A stretch of DNA of 62,508 bases, the filler included, from Sphacelaria rigidula (taxonomy: Eukaryota), in NCBI GenBank assembly GCA_964200075.2. It is 8 parts of 8 records of this genome, joined end to end, with 100 filler letters (N's around TTAATTAATTAA, not from the genome) between each part and the next. Parts side by side here need not be neighbours in the genome. Positions count along the whole stretch, not along the records: positions 46,960 to 54,684 come from CAXNAA020013661.1; positions 54,785 to 62,508 come from CAXNAA020013662.1; 6 more parts are not named here. One strand, 5' to 3'. The translations under genes and the position numbers were made by a program. Below the pieces are notes generated by a model that was given only the letters and a program-made list of their open reading frames with translations, made no database searches and was not told where the DNA came from. The stretch's first letter is position 1. The number at the start of each line of letters is the position of its first letter. Shown piece after piece: positions 51,380-62,508 of the stretch.

Positions 51380-51488
51380 TTGTGAGCCTGGTCCGACGAA
51401 AATCCGGCGTGCTCCGTCCCGGCTTTGTAGGGATGCAAGAACAATGGTCTTATGACAACGGCATCCAAGATGATGAGTACGCTGCCCT
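51380..51488 (+). mobile_element. Retroposon family A 3' end
   Basis: Same consensus; preceded by a long C/CT-rich tract. Confidence 0.7.
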
Positions 51489-52989
51489 CAGTCGTCTGTG
51501 TTCGCCACTGTTTTATTATTATTATTATTTAGCCGTTGCTGCCAAGCACGCTCTCCTTTCCTCGAGAATAGCTCGTAGTCTCAAGGAATCAACCCGTTGC
51601 TCCACTGGAAGTTGCATTGTATCTCGACAAGGATTTTTGATTGAATAAGCAGTTCTCCCGCCGTGAAGGTTTTTTTTTTATTCGCCAATACTCTCGATCT
51701 AACGGTCTCGTCTCTGAGGCGGCGACGGAAAACCTCACGATGCGGAAAAACGTGACTCCGTGTTTTGATAAGAACAGGAAAAGGTCATAAATCTTTCAGT
51801 TCAAATCCCGCCGAATCCTGCAGAAGAAACGGCTTGCCGGGTTGCTGGCCTGCAAGCGTCGCCTCACAGTGGTGTTGCGGAGGATCTGGCTGAACTGCAA
51901 GCATCGCCCCGCGTGGTTTTACGGACAATTTGTAAAATTGTTCACATTCACCGGTGTCCCTGAACACCACCTTCTACGTTGGTGAATGTGTGAGTGACAT
52001 ACGGCAGTACTGTTATACAAGGCAGCGTCAGGACTCGAAACCGACTAAGTTTGCCCAAATTTATACTGTTGATGTATCGGTTTAGAACCACTGCGATCAC
52101 GACGGCGCCATCATGTCCCGACATGCTTATCGATTGTTGAGGGCGCTGTACACCTCCTCAAGATCTCCACCGCAAGTGACGGTGTATATCACGGGCCCAT
52201 AGCATACCAGCCTCCCTTAATTTCTAGGTAACCTGCCGAGAAATGTTGTCCGCTTGCTCTATGTACTGACAATCCCGCGCGTCTGGTGTGTGGTTGTTGG
52301 TGCTCGGCTTTATCCAAATTCAGATCTCCGCGGCCCTTTGCGTAGCACCCTTCTGTGACATTTCCCACAGCTTGTTTTTGCACCATGTTGATATCTTGCT
52401 ACAGTACAGTATTGCGAGGGATATCTTGTATACCACCCCATTTATACCACCCACGGATGATGAGTTCTCGGGGTATCAAAGTTCATCACCCGGTTGTGTG
52501 ACCCGTGTAATGAGCGTGGCCTAGCATCCTACTATACGCGACCTTGACATTCCCCCCCCCCCCCGTCCATTCGCCTCGTCCGGCGAGAACCCGGCGTGCT
52601 CCGTCCGGGCTTGGTAGGGGTGGACCCCCGATGGGGTCGGCGTTGGTTGGCGATGATGCTGTAAAACACGCCAAATACTGCGTAAGCTAGGCAAGCAGGT
52701 TACCGATTTGTTTTTGCGCGCTTGCGCTTTTTGGGGGGTAACCATGATGGTAGTCGAGCTAGATCATGTTGTGTGGCGTGGGAGAAACTCAACTCCGCAC
52801 AAACGGGATAATCGCACCACGTAGCGTTTGAATGGTGAGGCACCCATGAGGCAGTGCATAAGCCGTGTGGCTGTCTCTGGAAGTGGCGATACCAGAAAAT
52901 GAAGCATCTCAATGGAGGCAGTCATTCAAACGCAAAATAACCAGTACGCTTCGGTTCGAACAACCTTAGCAGGGTGCAGCTCACCCTTC

Positions 52990-53160
52990 ATGCGACTCGC
53001 CGAACACATCACGGCGCTTCGCGTTTGGTGATTGCGTGCGAACCTGGTCCAGCGAAAACCTGGCGTGCTCCGTCCCGTCTTTGAAGGGATGCGAGGTCAA
53101 TGATGGTCTTATGATCACGGCACACAAAATCATGATTGCAACCCTGCCCTCCCTCCCCCC
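52990..53160 (+). mobile_element. Retroposon family A 3' end (about 160 nt)
   Basis: Same consensus with a C-rich tail; a shorter copy lies at about 52570-52625 after a C-run. Confidence 0.7.
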
Positions 53161-54302
53161 GGCCGGCCGCTCCTGCTCCCTCTCCCCCCCCGTTATTATC
53201 CTGGGGACTCGTATCATTCGGGAACGTCCTGATTTCAGGCCAGCCAAGTGTCTGTGAAAAGTACCAACGTGTTCGACAACGAAGGTGCCATGAGGCCGGA
53301 AACTGACGATGCCGACACTGACGAGTCAGAAGCTGAAGCTGATCTGGGGGTGAGGCGCTGGAACTCGGCAATGCGGGAGGTGACTACGAACGTCTCAAAC
53401 GTGGTGAGTGTCTCGACGGGCCGCGTGGCCACTGGCCAAATGACGAAGGCCAGCCCCAGATGAGCGCGCCCGCCCTCTCCCCGCGCNNNNNNNNNNGGGG
53501 GGGGGGGGCGGGGGCCGGCGCGCGCGGGCGGGCCGCGCCACCCCGCGCCGTGTCGGGGTGTGGCGCGCCCCCCCCCCCCCCCCCCCCCGGTTCCCCCCTG
53601 GAGGCCGTTCGTTTGCTCTGAAAAGACCTGATCATTGCCGGACAATGAAGAGTATATATCGTCGTCGACACCAGGCGTTCACGTGTATGGAAGGTGAAGA
53701 ATGGGTAAATCGGTGGGTACATGTGCATACGCCACGAAGACCGTTTGGCCCGTCTAGAGGTAAGCACCACCGCCAAACATTCACATACTGGTTGAGTTGG
53801 ATAGGTAGTGGTGACGACTACACGGTTGCTTGCAGGAAACCTCGGGCAATACTGTTTCTGCAGTCGCAGGCGGTGACCAAATGACATGTACTGTACCCCA
53901 ATTAATATGTATGATGATGAATACGTAGAGATTTTGGTTCGTCTCAGGCCTGCGTGGGAAACCCACATCCACTCCGAAGAAACCGTGTGCTAACTCTGGA
54001 AAAAAGATATTTTACACAAAAAGGCACATATATATTTATAGAGAGAGAGAGAAGGAGATGAGGAGTTGAGTTGTCTCACATGTGGGAGGTCCCTACGTAC
54101 AGGAGACACCGATTGAAAGAACACGTGATGGTGCCGGAAAAAACAGCCTGATCAAAAAGATAGATTGCGTTCACTTGCATGACAAAAACACAAATGTTGT
54201 AGCAGTCATTTCGATCGTTTGGTATTTAATTCTGGCAACACGTCCGGTACGGTAGTGCACTTTTTTCTTATCTCTGTTTCTTTTTCCTGGTGAAGTATTT
54301 GC

Positions 54303-54590
54303 ACACCGGTGGTGTAATGGTCCGACTGTCATCATCAGGGTGCGGAGAATGTGGGTTTGGTTCCCGATGATGCGTTGAGCTTTTTGTTCGAAGTATCTGA
54401 TCTCCACCGTCGGAAGCGTGAGCACGTGAGTACCAGCAGAAAGTAGTCGACTGAGTTTGTTTGACGAGAGTTGACGCCGTGCGGGAGTGCTGATGGCCAT
54501 GATCCAATCCGCGAGATCAAAATGTAAGGAGGCGTGTACCGAGAGAGAGAGATGGGTTGGCCCCCTAAAACCACGGACTCGTCCCGGGAA

Positions 54591-54593
<3 letters not shown>
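54303..54593 (+). mobile_element. tRNA-derived SINE family 2, full length, followed by (GT)n and poly(G)
   Basis: A box TGGTGTAATGG, B-box-like GGTTTGGTTCC, 3' end GGACTCGTCCCGGGAAAGG; collinear with the minus-strand copy at 61472-61688. Confidence 0.7.
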
Positions 54594-54632
<39 letters not shown>

Positions 54633-54784
54633 GGGGGGGGGGGGGGGGGGGGTCTCTTTTTTTTGGTGTCCCGAGTCACCAAAANNNNNNNNNNNNNNNN
54701 NNNNNNNNNNNNNNNNNNNNNNNNNNNNTTAATTAATTAANNNNNNNNNNNNNNNNNNNNNNNNNNNNNNNNNNNNNNNNNNNN

Positions 54785-54950
54785 CGACTCGCCGAACACA
54801 CCACGGCGCTTCGCGGTTGGTGATTGAGTGCGAGCCTGGTCCGACGAAAACCCGGCGTGCTCCGTCCCGGCTTTGTAGGGATGCGAGGCCAATGATCTTA
54901 TGACTGCGGCATGCATGCATGATCATAGGTACACCCCCCTCCCTCCCCCC
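54785..54950 (+). mobile_element. Retroposon family A 3' end (about 160 nt)
   Basis: Same consensus, tail CCCCCCTCCCTCCCCCC; lies in a Hydin intron. Confidence 0.7.
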
Positions 54951-54963
54951 GAACCTCCCGTAC

Positions 54964-57900
54964 CTTCTTGTTGCTCTTGGGGGCAGGAGTCTGCTCAGCA
55001 CGAGCCGCTACGATCCGCTCCCTAGCTGCAGCCATGTCTTGCACCCACCGGGCCTTCGCAGTGTAGAGGAAGGAAACAACGAAAAGAGGTCACGTGTGTC
55101 GTGAAGCTTCATCAAAAGGGAATCTGCCCCGTGCTAATCGGACGATGAATCGATTTCTTGAGAGTAATTTTGGTTCGCGGTTGAACTTGAAATTTGTTGA
55201 TAAAGGTTTATCGGGTACCGTAAATGGTGGGCCTATGGTCTGGTTTAGTGCCAAAATGCGCATTACGCGTGAAATATGTAAAACTACCCGTTGTTGTAGT
55301 GAAACGGCATACAGTCAGTTCTGTTTTTTTCATATATATCAAATCTTCAGTAAAGCACACGTTCCCATTCACGAGGCGGCGGCCGTACCACTAGCATGGA
55401 GCGGAGACAAACCGTGCATCACCAGCAAGCACATCCACAAATCTCTCCAGCAACCACTGCGTGCTTGACACTGTCTAGCTATCAGATTCTTCAAGCGCTT
55501 CACGGACCAGCTGAACAGCCTGCCGTAGCATCAAAGCCCCCGCTCTCCCTCCCACCCACGCTGCATCCCCACCACCCGACAGCGCCACATCCCCTAAATA
55601 ACGGCGCAGACCGCGAGGGTGGAGAAATGATCATCACCTCCTCTCTGGCCGTGAACCAGTGAAGTGCGGCTCGCACTCTCGCGCCCAGGGCGCTCCTCAA
55701 CCGTAGAGCCTCTGCAATCACTGCGTCAACGGAAAGCCTTGGTATCTGGTACTTCTCGGACAAACCGTGCGATAACGTCGATTTCCCAGACATGGGCGGT
55801 CCTGTCACCACCACATCATGCTGTAAACCCTTTTCCCGACTGGTCGGCACGCGATCCCACTCAGGCACCAGCGCTTGCACCGCGTTCAACCGCTCGCTGC
55901 CAGCCGTGCCGGTCGCACTCCCCCCGCCTCCCACCGTACGCGAACGAGGCAAAAAAAGGGGTTCCAGCCACGACTCGTTTCCGTAGGCGGCGGCGGCGGC
56001 CGCAGCAGCGTCCGAATCGTTTGCGTCATCTACGCTGTGATCTTTATCGTCGTCGTCGCTCAGCAGCTCCCCGTCTTCCGGCGACCGCTCTCGGCTGGCG
56101 GCAGCTCCAGCACCACTTCCATCCACTCCTTCTTCTCGGGCGGTGGTTGCGCCCTTCTGGCCAGTCATCGCCGAAGGACTGGTCCCCGGCCTTGAGCCAC
56201 TAGCGTCAGCGGTGCCTTCGGTGCCGTTAGCCGCAGCGGTAGCCTCTGCCGCAGCAGCGGAAGCGGCGGCCTCTTCTCTCGCTTTTTCCCGCGCTATCTT
56301 GCGCGCGGTGCGCCTGTCCTGTTTTTCTTGCGCCCGAGCGACATCGATGAGCGATTGGTGTAGCCCCTGACCGGGGTGTCGCGGCGGCAGTCGGAGCGTC
56401 TCGTCTGCAGCAAAGCCCGTGGCTCGTGCTAGTATCGCTTCTTCTTGCAGGTGGACCTGCGCGTGGGGGAGAGAGGTACAAAATATGTGTGACGTGAATA
56501 CACAGGGCTTTTGATCTTCTTCTTTTTTTCCAGTTCGGGTGAACTCGCAAATGAGCATATGCGTGCGCGTAAGTGTATGTGTGTGAGTATTTTCAGAGGA
56601 TGGCAGACGATGAAGCCGGTGGTTGTTCTAGTTATGGCTGTCGTCGTCCCGTCAACACACGATATTCACATAATTATGCTGAGTAAATCAAAGCGAAATG
56701 GAGATGGTTTCCCCACACCTTCCGAACCAACAGAAAAACGGGCGAAATGCTCCAAGTAGGTGGGTGTCGCGTGAGAATGCGTTGTGTACGTGTGCGTTGG
56801 GCGCATTTCTGTCGTGACGACGCCAGATAGGGGCAGTATCACAGAGGTCTTTCGAGTTAGAGTAACATGGGGGGCAGGGGTCCCTCAGGCGAAGTATTAT
56901 TGTTCACAAAAGGACGAGAAAATTCGTTGACCTCCGTCGGCAGTATGGCGCCCATGTGCGTGATAAGACCGTAATCACGATGTGTGTTGTTGCGGTTGTT
57001 GTTGTTGTTGTGTTGTCGTCCCATCTATTTTGGACGCGCTCTACACATTTCGGTATATTTGGGCGCAGCAGCCGGGGTCACACAGGAGGAAGGTCAACAC
57101 AGGACTTTTCCTTTTATTTTTGTCTGTTCTAGTTCTCCATCTTCCTTCTGCGGTGCTTGCCTATATTTTTATCGCGAGAGGGGTTCGGCAGTCCCTTTCC
57201 CTCGTCGACCATTCAGTCGAAGTTTGTTTACCCGCGACATATTCGCTCTCCACTGTTGGGCAGTGCGCGAGAAAAATCCCAGATCGCTCCGAGATTCGAA
57301 CCCACGACCCAACCGTCAGAGGGTTTAGAGGTTACCAACTGAGCCACCGGGGCGACCGGATTCAGGGACGGAATCAGACAATGCACGTGACTCTTTGGTG
57401 TATCACTGAGTTATGACCTCGGATATATTTAGACTGCATTACGTATCTTCACAGTTTAGGTAGCACACCGGCGGTCTCGGCTGCATTGATTCCCCGTAGA
57501 ACGGAGAACGCCTTTCACAATTTTAGACCTCGGTACTCTTCCGGGTTTCCCGCACAGTTGATTTAATCGAGTTATTCAGGCAAAACAAAAATATCTGACG
57601 GGGCTCATTATACCCTCCCCCTTCCCCTCCACCAGCTGCAGTGTGCGCCTCACTATCAACGATTTCCATTTCCCTGTTACATGGTTTATGCACTCTGGTT
57701 CGCCCTCCTATAAGTACTGCGGTAGGCTATAGCCCGAAGCACTACGGGCTGAAACATACGTCGACAATGCAACGCTCAACTGGTACAGTATGACAGAAGA
57801 TATCCTCAACACTGCTGTTCCAGCCAGCCATTCAAATATGCCAAACATTATCATGGCCGTCTGATGTTTTTCGCCCTACCCGTGGTGCACACCGTTAAGC

Positions 57901-60900
57901 GATTATAAGCACGATAATGGTTAGATCTCAATTGTGGAGATCGCCATTTGGGCATGTGCGGAGAGATTTCCTTTTATGACGTGTAACCTAGTGAATGGCT
58001 GTTACAAGGGTAAGTTCGCAGGAGCCCCGAAACTTCCATACCTGTGCAGCCGGATATGGGACCCCAAGGTAACAGGGATCTTCCCAGCGAACTGCTGGCT
58101 ATCCCTGGGGATCACTATTGACTTGGATTCTTCGTCTTCGTCTTCGGGCTAACTCGCTCGCGCTCGTCGAGCATTCCCGAGTGATCCACTTGCCTCAGCC
58201 CCACGACTTACGGTCAATCCTTGACTACAGAACCCAAGGACAATCATCGGCCACCTTCGACGGTTTCTACCGTCACCGGGAGTCTCACGGCTTCCACTTT
58301 GGCTGACACCAGTTTATTAGACACGTGTGCGGGGCACACTAAATATCTCTAGCTAGGGCAGATACGGCGACACCTACTACATCGCAGTAAGGCGGACACC
58401 TACTACACCGGGGGCGCGACTTTCACACAATAACGTGTTTGTGCCGTACAAGAGACGCTGGGCTGGTTTGACTGTATGGGTTTCGCGAACGCCTTGTGGG
58501 AGAGTTTCCGATGCATAATGTGCTGGGATCTGACCTTGTCGAAGTCCAGGGAAAATATCTCGACGTCCCATGGTCCTTCGTTGATGATCTCCACTTCCCG
58601 ACTATCCCCTTGCGGTTCATGCGGAAGCACAGGCCCCATGTCGAGCATTGGGGGGTTGAACCTCACACGGGGCTGGGCACCCTGTACAGATCGTGAGGGG
58701 AGACAATTGCTGCTGGACTGCCCGGTGAGCAGCTCTTTCGTATATATGTTGAGTTGACGAAGACCACAAACTTCAAAGAACGACAACAGTAAGCACACAG
58801 AAGATGACCTCCCCCAGGTTAAAATGCTTTGGGCTCGATTTGCTTGAAAACTACAGCGCTAGTGCCGTCGAAACTGGTGTTCATGAATAGAATCGCTGAG
58901 ATGTGTGTATGCACGGAGTCGCTTGGTGGTGCAGGGTGCACCCCGTTGTGAAAACCATGGCCGAAGGAATGACCACCGGGGCGTGCTGCCCCTCCGAACA
59001 CGCCTTCCTAGAATTAAAAACCATGAAGTCTTTGTCAGGACATAACTTTGGCAGTATCCTTGCAAGCTTCATGTTGCTACCAGACACCCAAAGAAGGGCA
59101 TTTTTGGCCGCGATGTATATTGCACTTGCTATTCCTTGAGCGCACTGTTATAAAGGCCCCTCTACAGAACGCATCGGGCTGTGAGTGGCTTTCGAATTCG
59201 ATCCTCTCCATAATTACTAAGCTACTGGTCGCAGGAGTTGTTTCGTCGGACGGATCTAATGCTGTATAGTACTAGTAGCTCTCGTCACCCACCTCTGCAG
59301 GGTCTGAGAGACTTGCTTTGGAGTGCTGGCTACTCGATTCGTATCAGCTACTGATAGACAGCTATTTCGGGACGGCTTTTATTTTGAGATCTTACTAGTC
59401 ACAGCACTTTTGAGCACTGATCCCTCTATTCTTTGGAAAATATCCCATTAATGGAGAGGCACGCGGTCATGTCAATTTCTCTTTCGATATAAAACTGCTC
59501 ACCCGCCCCTGCAGGACGACGGAGGCGTGTTTTGAAGTGCTGGCCACTCTGACCCCCATTTTGACGGAGTACATTCTGTCGTCCGTAGGCACGAATTCCA
59601 CCTGAAGGAAATCCACAGTGGGCAAGTACGCACCCGAAGCTGTTCAATTCCGTTCGACGTCATATCTTGGCAATGGTAACTCCTGAACTTGTTGACAAAA
59701 TTCACATTTTTTAGTACATCATGAAGAAGCGAGAACCCCACGAGAGTATTCGACAGGGCGTCTCAAGCGCAAGATACTAATAGCTACCGGGAAAGATAAA
59801 AACCAGTCGGTACCCATCGCAACGAATGAGACGACCGGCGCGATACCTGCGACGGAAAGAGCAATCGCGGCCGAGGACACTCCGGGGGGGAGGGGGGGGG
59901 GGGCACCCCAAAGTCGTCTTTCAACAAGGGATATCCCGCAACAACGGTGCTGCTGGCGATCAACTTCTTTTTTTTCAATATCTCGTACGAGAGGTCTATT
60001 GTTGGAAAGATCTCGAGGAGATGGATATTCGACTGCCACACGTAACGGTTGTAACTAGCACCGCAGTTATCAAGATATTCACTCGTGTTTGAGGATCGTC
60101 TACGCGGTAATATAGCGACCCATGAGATCGATGTTGAGGCATCTGGCGCCATTTATCACTCCTTTTGCTCACCTCGACGTTGAGTTTATGGTCTCTCTGA
60201 AGTGAACCACTCTTGGGAGTCAGCCGGAATCGAGCCTCATCACGTGTATCGCCGAACAACCGCTTGAAGTCCCATTCCGCGGTTACCGGAGAGACGTTGT
60301 GGATCTATCAAAGGACACGCGATCCACGGCGCGGAGCTCAGAGGTCGTGCGGAAACATTTGTGAGGCACTTTCTTCATGTTGCCACTATCGCGGGGGAAT
60401 CAATGCTGTGCTGAGAAGTAGAAGTGTCAAAATGTTAGCTTCGTGTCGAGATGAAGCTCGCGCTCTATCTACAATACAGCGGCGTTGAACGCTGAACTTG
60501 AACAAGATTACCCTCAATTCACCCTAATCGGTCACCAGAGAGCGTGAAGCAGCTTAGATGGATACATCCCGGTGTACACGACGCAAGGCGAGCAGTACTG
60601 TGATAGGAGGGCGGGGGGCGGGGGGGAGCGGGGGAAGTTTGATTTCACGAAAAACAGGGGCTCACAGGTGTGTCAGACGACCGAACAACTCGCGGTGTGT
60701 TTGTATTTGGGTGAAAACGGTGTCACGTGGTATGAATGAGAGTATCTTGTTGGTTGTACGCGCGTATGAACAAATGTTGTTGATTTCAATGGTGATTTGA
60801 GGTGAAATCTCGAGGGAGAGATGATCCAAAATACTCCCTCCCCCCCCCCACCCTATCATAGCATCACTCAGGCACGGCGCGGAGAAAATATGCCGTGATG

Positions 60901-62033
60901 AGACTCAAGACCGGATGGACAGTGAGTGCTTACAAAACATTGGGACATTTTCAGTCTGTAAGAATCTACCTGAACGTTATGCACTTGATACGGCGTAAAG
61001 AGGCAGACTAAAAAAAAACGTACTCTTCTTCATCACATTAAGCTAGGTGTTTCAATTTGTTCAATTACTTGGAGCTTCGACAGCGAAAACCATGGCCTAA
61101 TCGATGACCGCGGCGTACGGTGTACAACTGACGCCTCCTAGTGATTCGGCCACTTTGCTTTGACACGGGAAGTATGTTTTCGGTGGACTCAGCCGCACCA
61201 AGTGAGTCTTCGTAGCCAAACTCAACAACGAGAACTTGTACTTGAAACCTTCGTGCGTCCGTACACAATGTCTATCCATGCGTACGAGCGTTGCGGTTGA
61301 AATTCAACTGGCTCGTTCAAGCCATGTTCCGTCCGACCAACTCTCGTCAACCACCAACGGATAAGCAAATTCCATATCGTCGAGGCGTTGGCGGTATCGC
61401 TTTGGTCCGAAAGCAGGACGTCTTTGGTACGAACCAAACCCTGTTTTTTTTTCGTCACATTTTTATTCCCTCCCCTTTCCTCGGGATGAGTCCGTGATCT
61501 CAAGGGATCAACCCATCTCTCCCCCGGCACGTGCCTTTCGTTTTGGTCTCGCGGATTGGTTCAGCACTCTCGCACCGCGTCAACTCACGCCACACAATCC
61601 CAGTCGACTACTTTGTTTACTGACGTTNNNNNNNNNNCCCCCGTTCTCTCCACCCTAATGGCGACAGTCGGACCATTACACCACCGGGGCGCGGCGGCCT
61701 ACGCAGGAATCATCGTCACATTCCTGGCGTATCTGCACAGGTGCAGAGAGGGGACGTCTAGCGGATAAAAGTGCCGATATCCTACGTAAGGTACGAAGGC
61801 TTGAACTACGTTACAAACACGAAATTAATACCACCCCAGTATGAACGATACTCTTCACCTGAATGTACTTGATTTTGCTCTGACCAATTAGCACGTTGTC
61901 GAAGTCAACCTCTTCATGGGAGAGCACCACCTCGGGTGAGGTGACGTTAGCCTTGAGTAAGATCACAGTTTGAGGGCCATTCTTGACCTTGATTGGAAGC
62001 TGTAGGGATCGAATTCCGTGAGGGAATCCCTTC
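54964..62033 (-). CDS. HYDIN: Hydin (axonemal central-pair protein), six internal exons (62033-61859, 60304-60173, 59601-59503, 58681-58535, 56456-55638, 55053-54964)
   Basis: ASH/Ig-like repeats (VDFDNVLIGQSKIKYIQIHNVSPVTAEWDF; LDMGPVLP..EVEIINEGPWDVEIFSLDFDKVHLQEEAIL) followed by an adenylate-kinase-like P-loop VVVTGPPMSGKST..LSVDAVIAEA, the Hydin domain order. All five joins are phase 0 GT-AG. Confidence 0.88.
56985..57359 (-). mobile_element. tRNA-derived SINE family 1, full length with (CAA)n tail
   Basis: A box TGGCTCAGTTGG, B box GGTTCGAATC, 3' end AATAGATGGGACGACAAC(AAC)n. 3' fragments also at about 49505-49640 (+) and 39135-39205 (+). Confidence 0.82.
61472..61688 (-). mobile_element. 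tRNA-derived SINE family 2 copy (contains an N gap)
   Basis: Reverse complement begins CCGGTGGTGTAATGGTCCGACTGTC and ends GGACTCATCCCGAGGAAAGGGG. More diverged copies at about 37100-37345 (-) and 48310-48370 (-). Confidence 0.68.
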
Positions 62034-62508
62034 CTGTTCGCGCGGATGAGCATGGAATGTTGATGCAAGAGATGTTCCGTGGTCGTTCAGGCGTATATAT
62101 ATATACAATAGCGTCATTTGAAATGATTATTGAACAAAGTCTATCACGTGAATGTGTCATATTCACTGATCAACAATGGACATGCAACAATGATCGGGTC
62201 AAGTTTCTTGCATGTTTCCCCTTGCCGCTTCCCGTCTTCACGAATAGTTGTTTGCTCCATTGAAGAATCCAGTTAACTTCAAGAACTACCTGAGTGGCTT
62301 TCCACGTTAGTCCGCTGTATACGCCTAGATCGATCATCTTCTATGCATCAGTACTCTCGTCTCAAGTAGTTCACTCCAGCGCAAAGTATTTCAAGGACTT
62401 TGAGACGATACAAAATGAGCAGACACTTTCTACGATATCCCCCCCCCCCCCAAAAAAAAAAACACCCAAAACTTTCGGGAGGAAAATGGTCACATACAGT
62501 GCCTGATG

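Noticed and set aside
50670..53360. Possible minus-strand exons (RLTPRSASASDSS..; VSDSSSSIGAARDEL..)
   Set aside because: Splice phases are compatible but there is no homology or other support; too uncertain to call.
61480..61530. GATGAGTCC/GACGAGTCC as a hammerhead ribozyme core
   Set aside because: Lacks the CUGA start and a correctly placed GAAA; better explained as the antisense of the SINE-2 3' end.

Overview
Eukaryotic nuclear DNA with short exons, long GT-AG introns and a dense load of non-autonomous repeats. The RPB1 CTD heptad YSPTSPA, a bipartite plastid-targeting leader, a Hydin gene and the repeat landscape point to a stramenopile, most likely a brown alga (inference). The window is not one locus: eight unrelated segments of about 7.7 kb are joined by 100-nt artificial spacers (N44-TTAATTAATTAA-N44). 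Partial spliced genes that I reconstructed by hand with phase-consistent splice sites: a CRAL-TRIO/Sec14 protein, an unknown low-complexity protein, a DUF3593(+DUF2499) protein, an EDR2_C/DUF1336 protein, a fimbrin-like CH protein, the RPB1 C-terminus and Hydin. Mobile DNA includes a decayed tyrosine-recombinase (DIRS/Ngaro-like) ORF, a hAT-like element nested in another, several MITE/foldback families and two tRNA-derived SINE families. The most striking pattern is about 15 5'-truncated copies of two related LINE-type 3' ends that carry C-rich rather than poly(A) tails and mostly sit in C-runs, which suggests a poly(C)-tract-targeting retroposon system.
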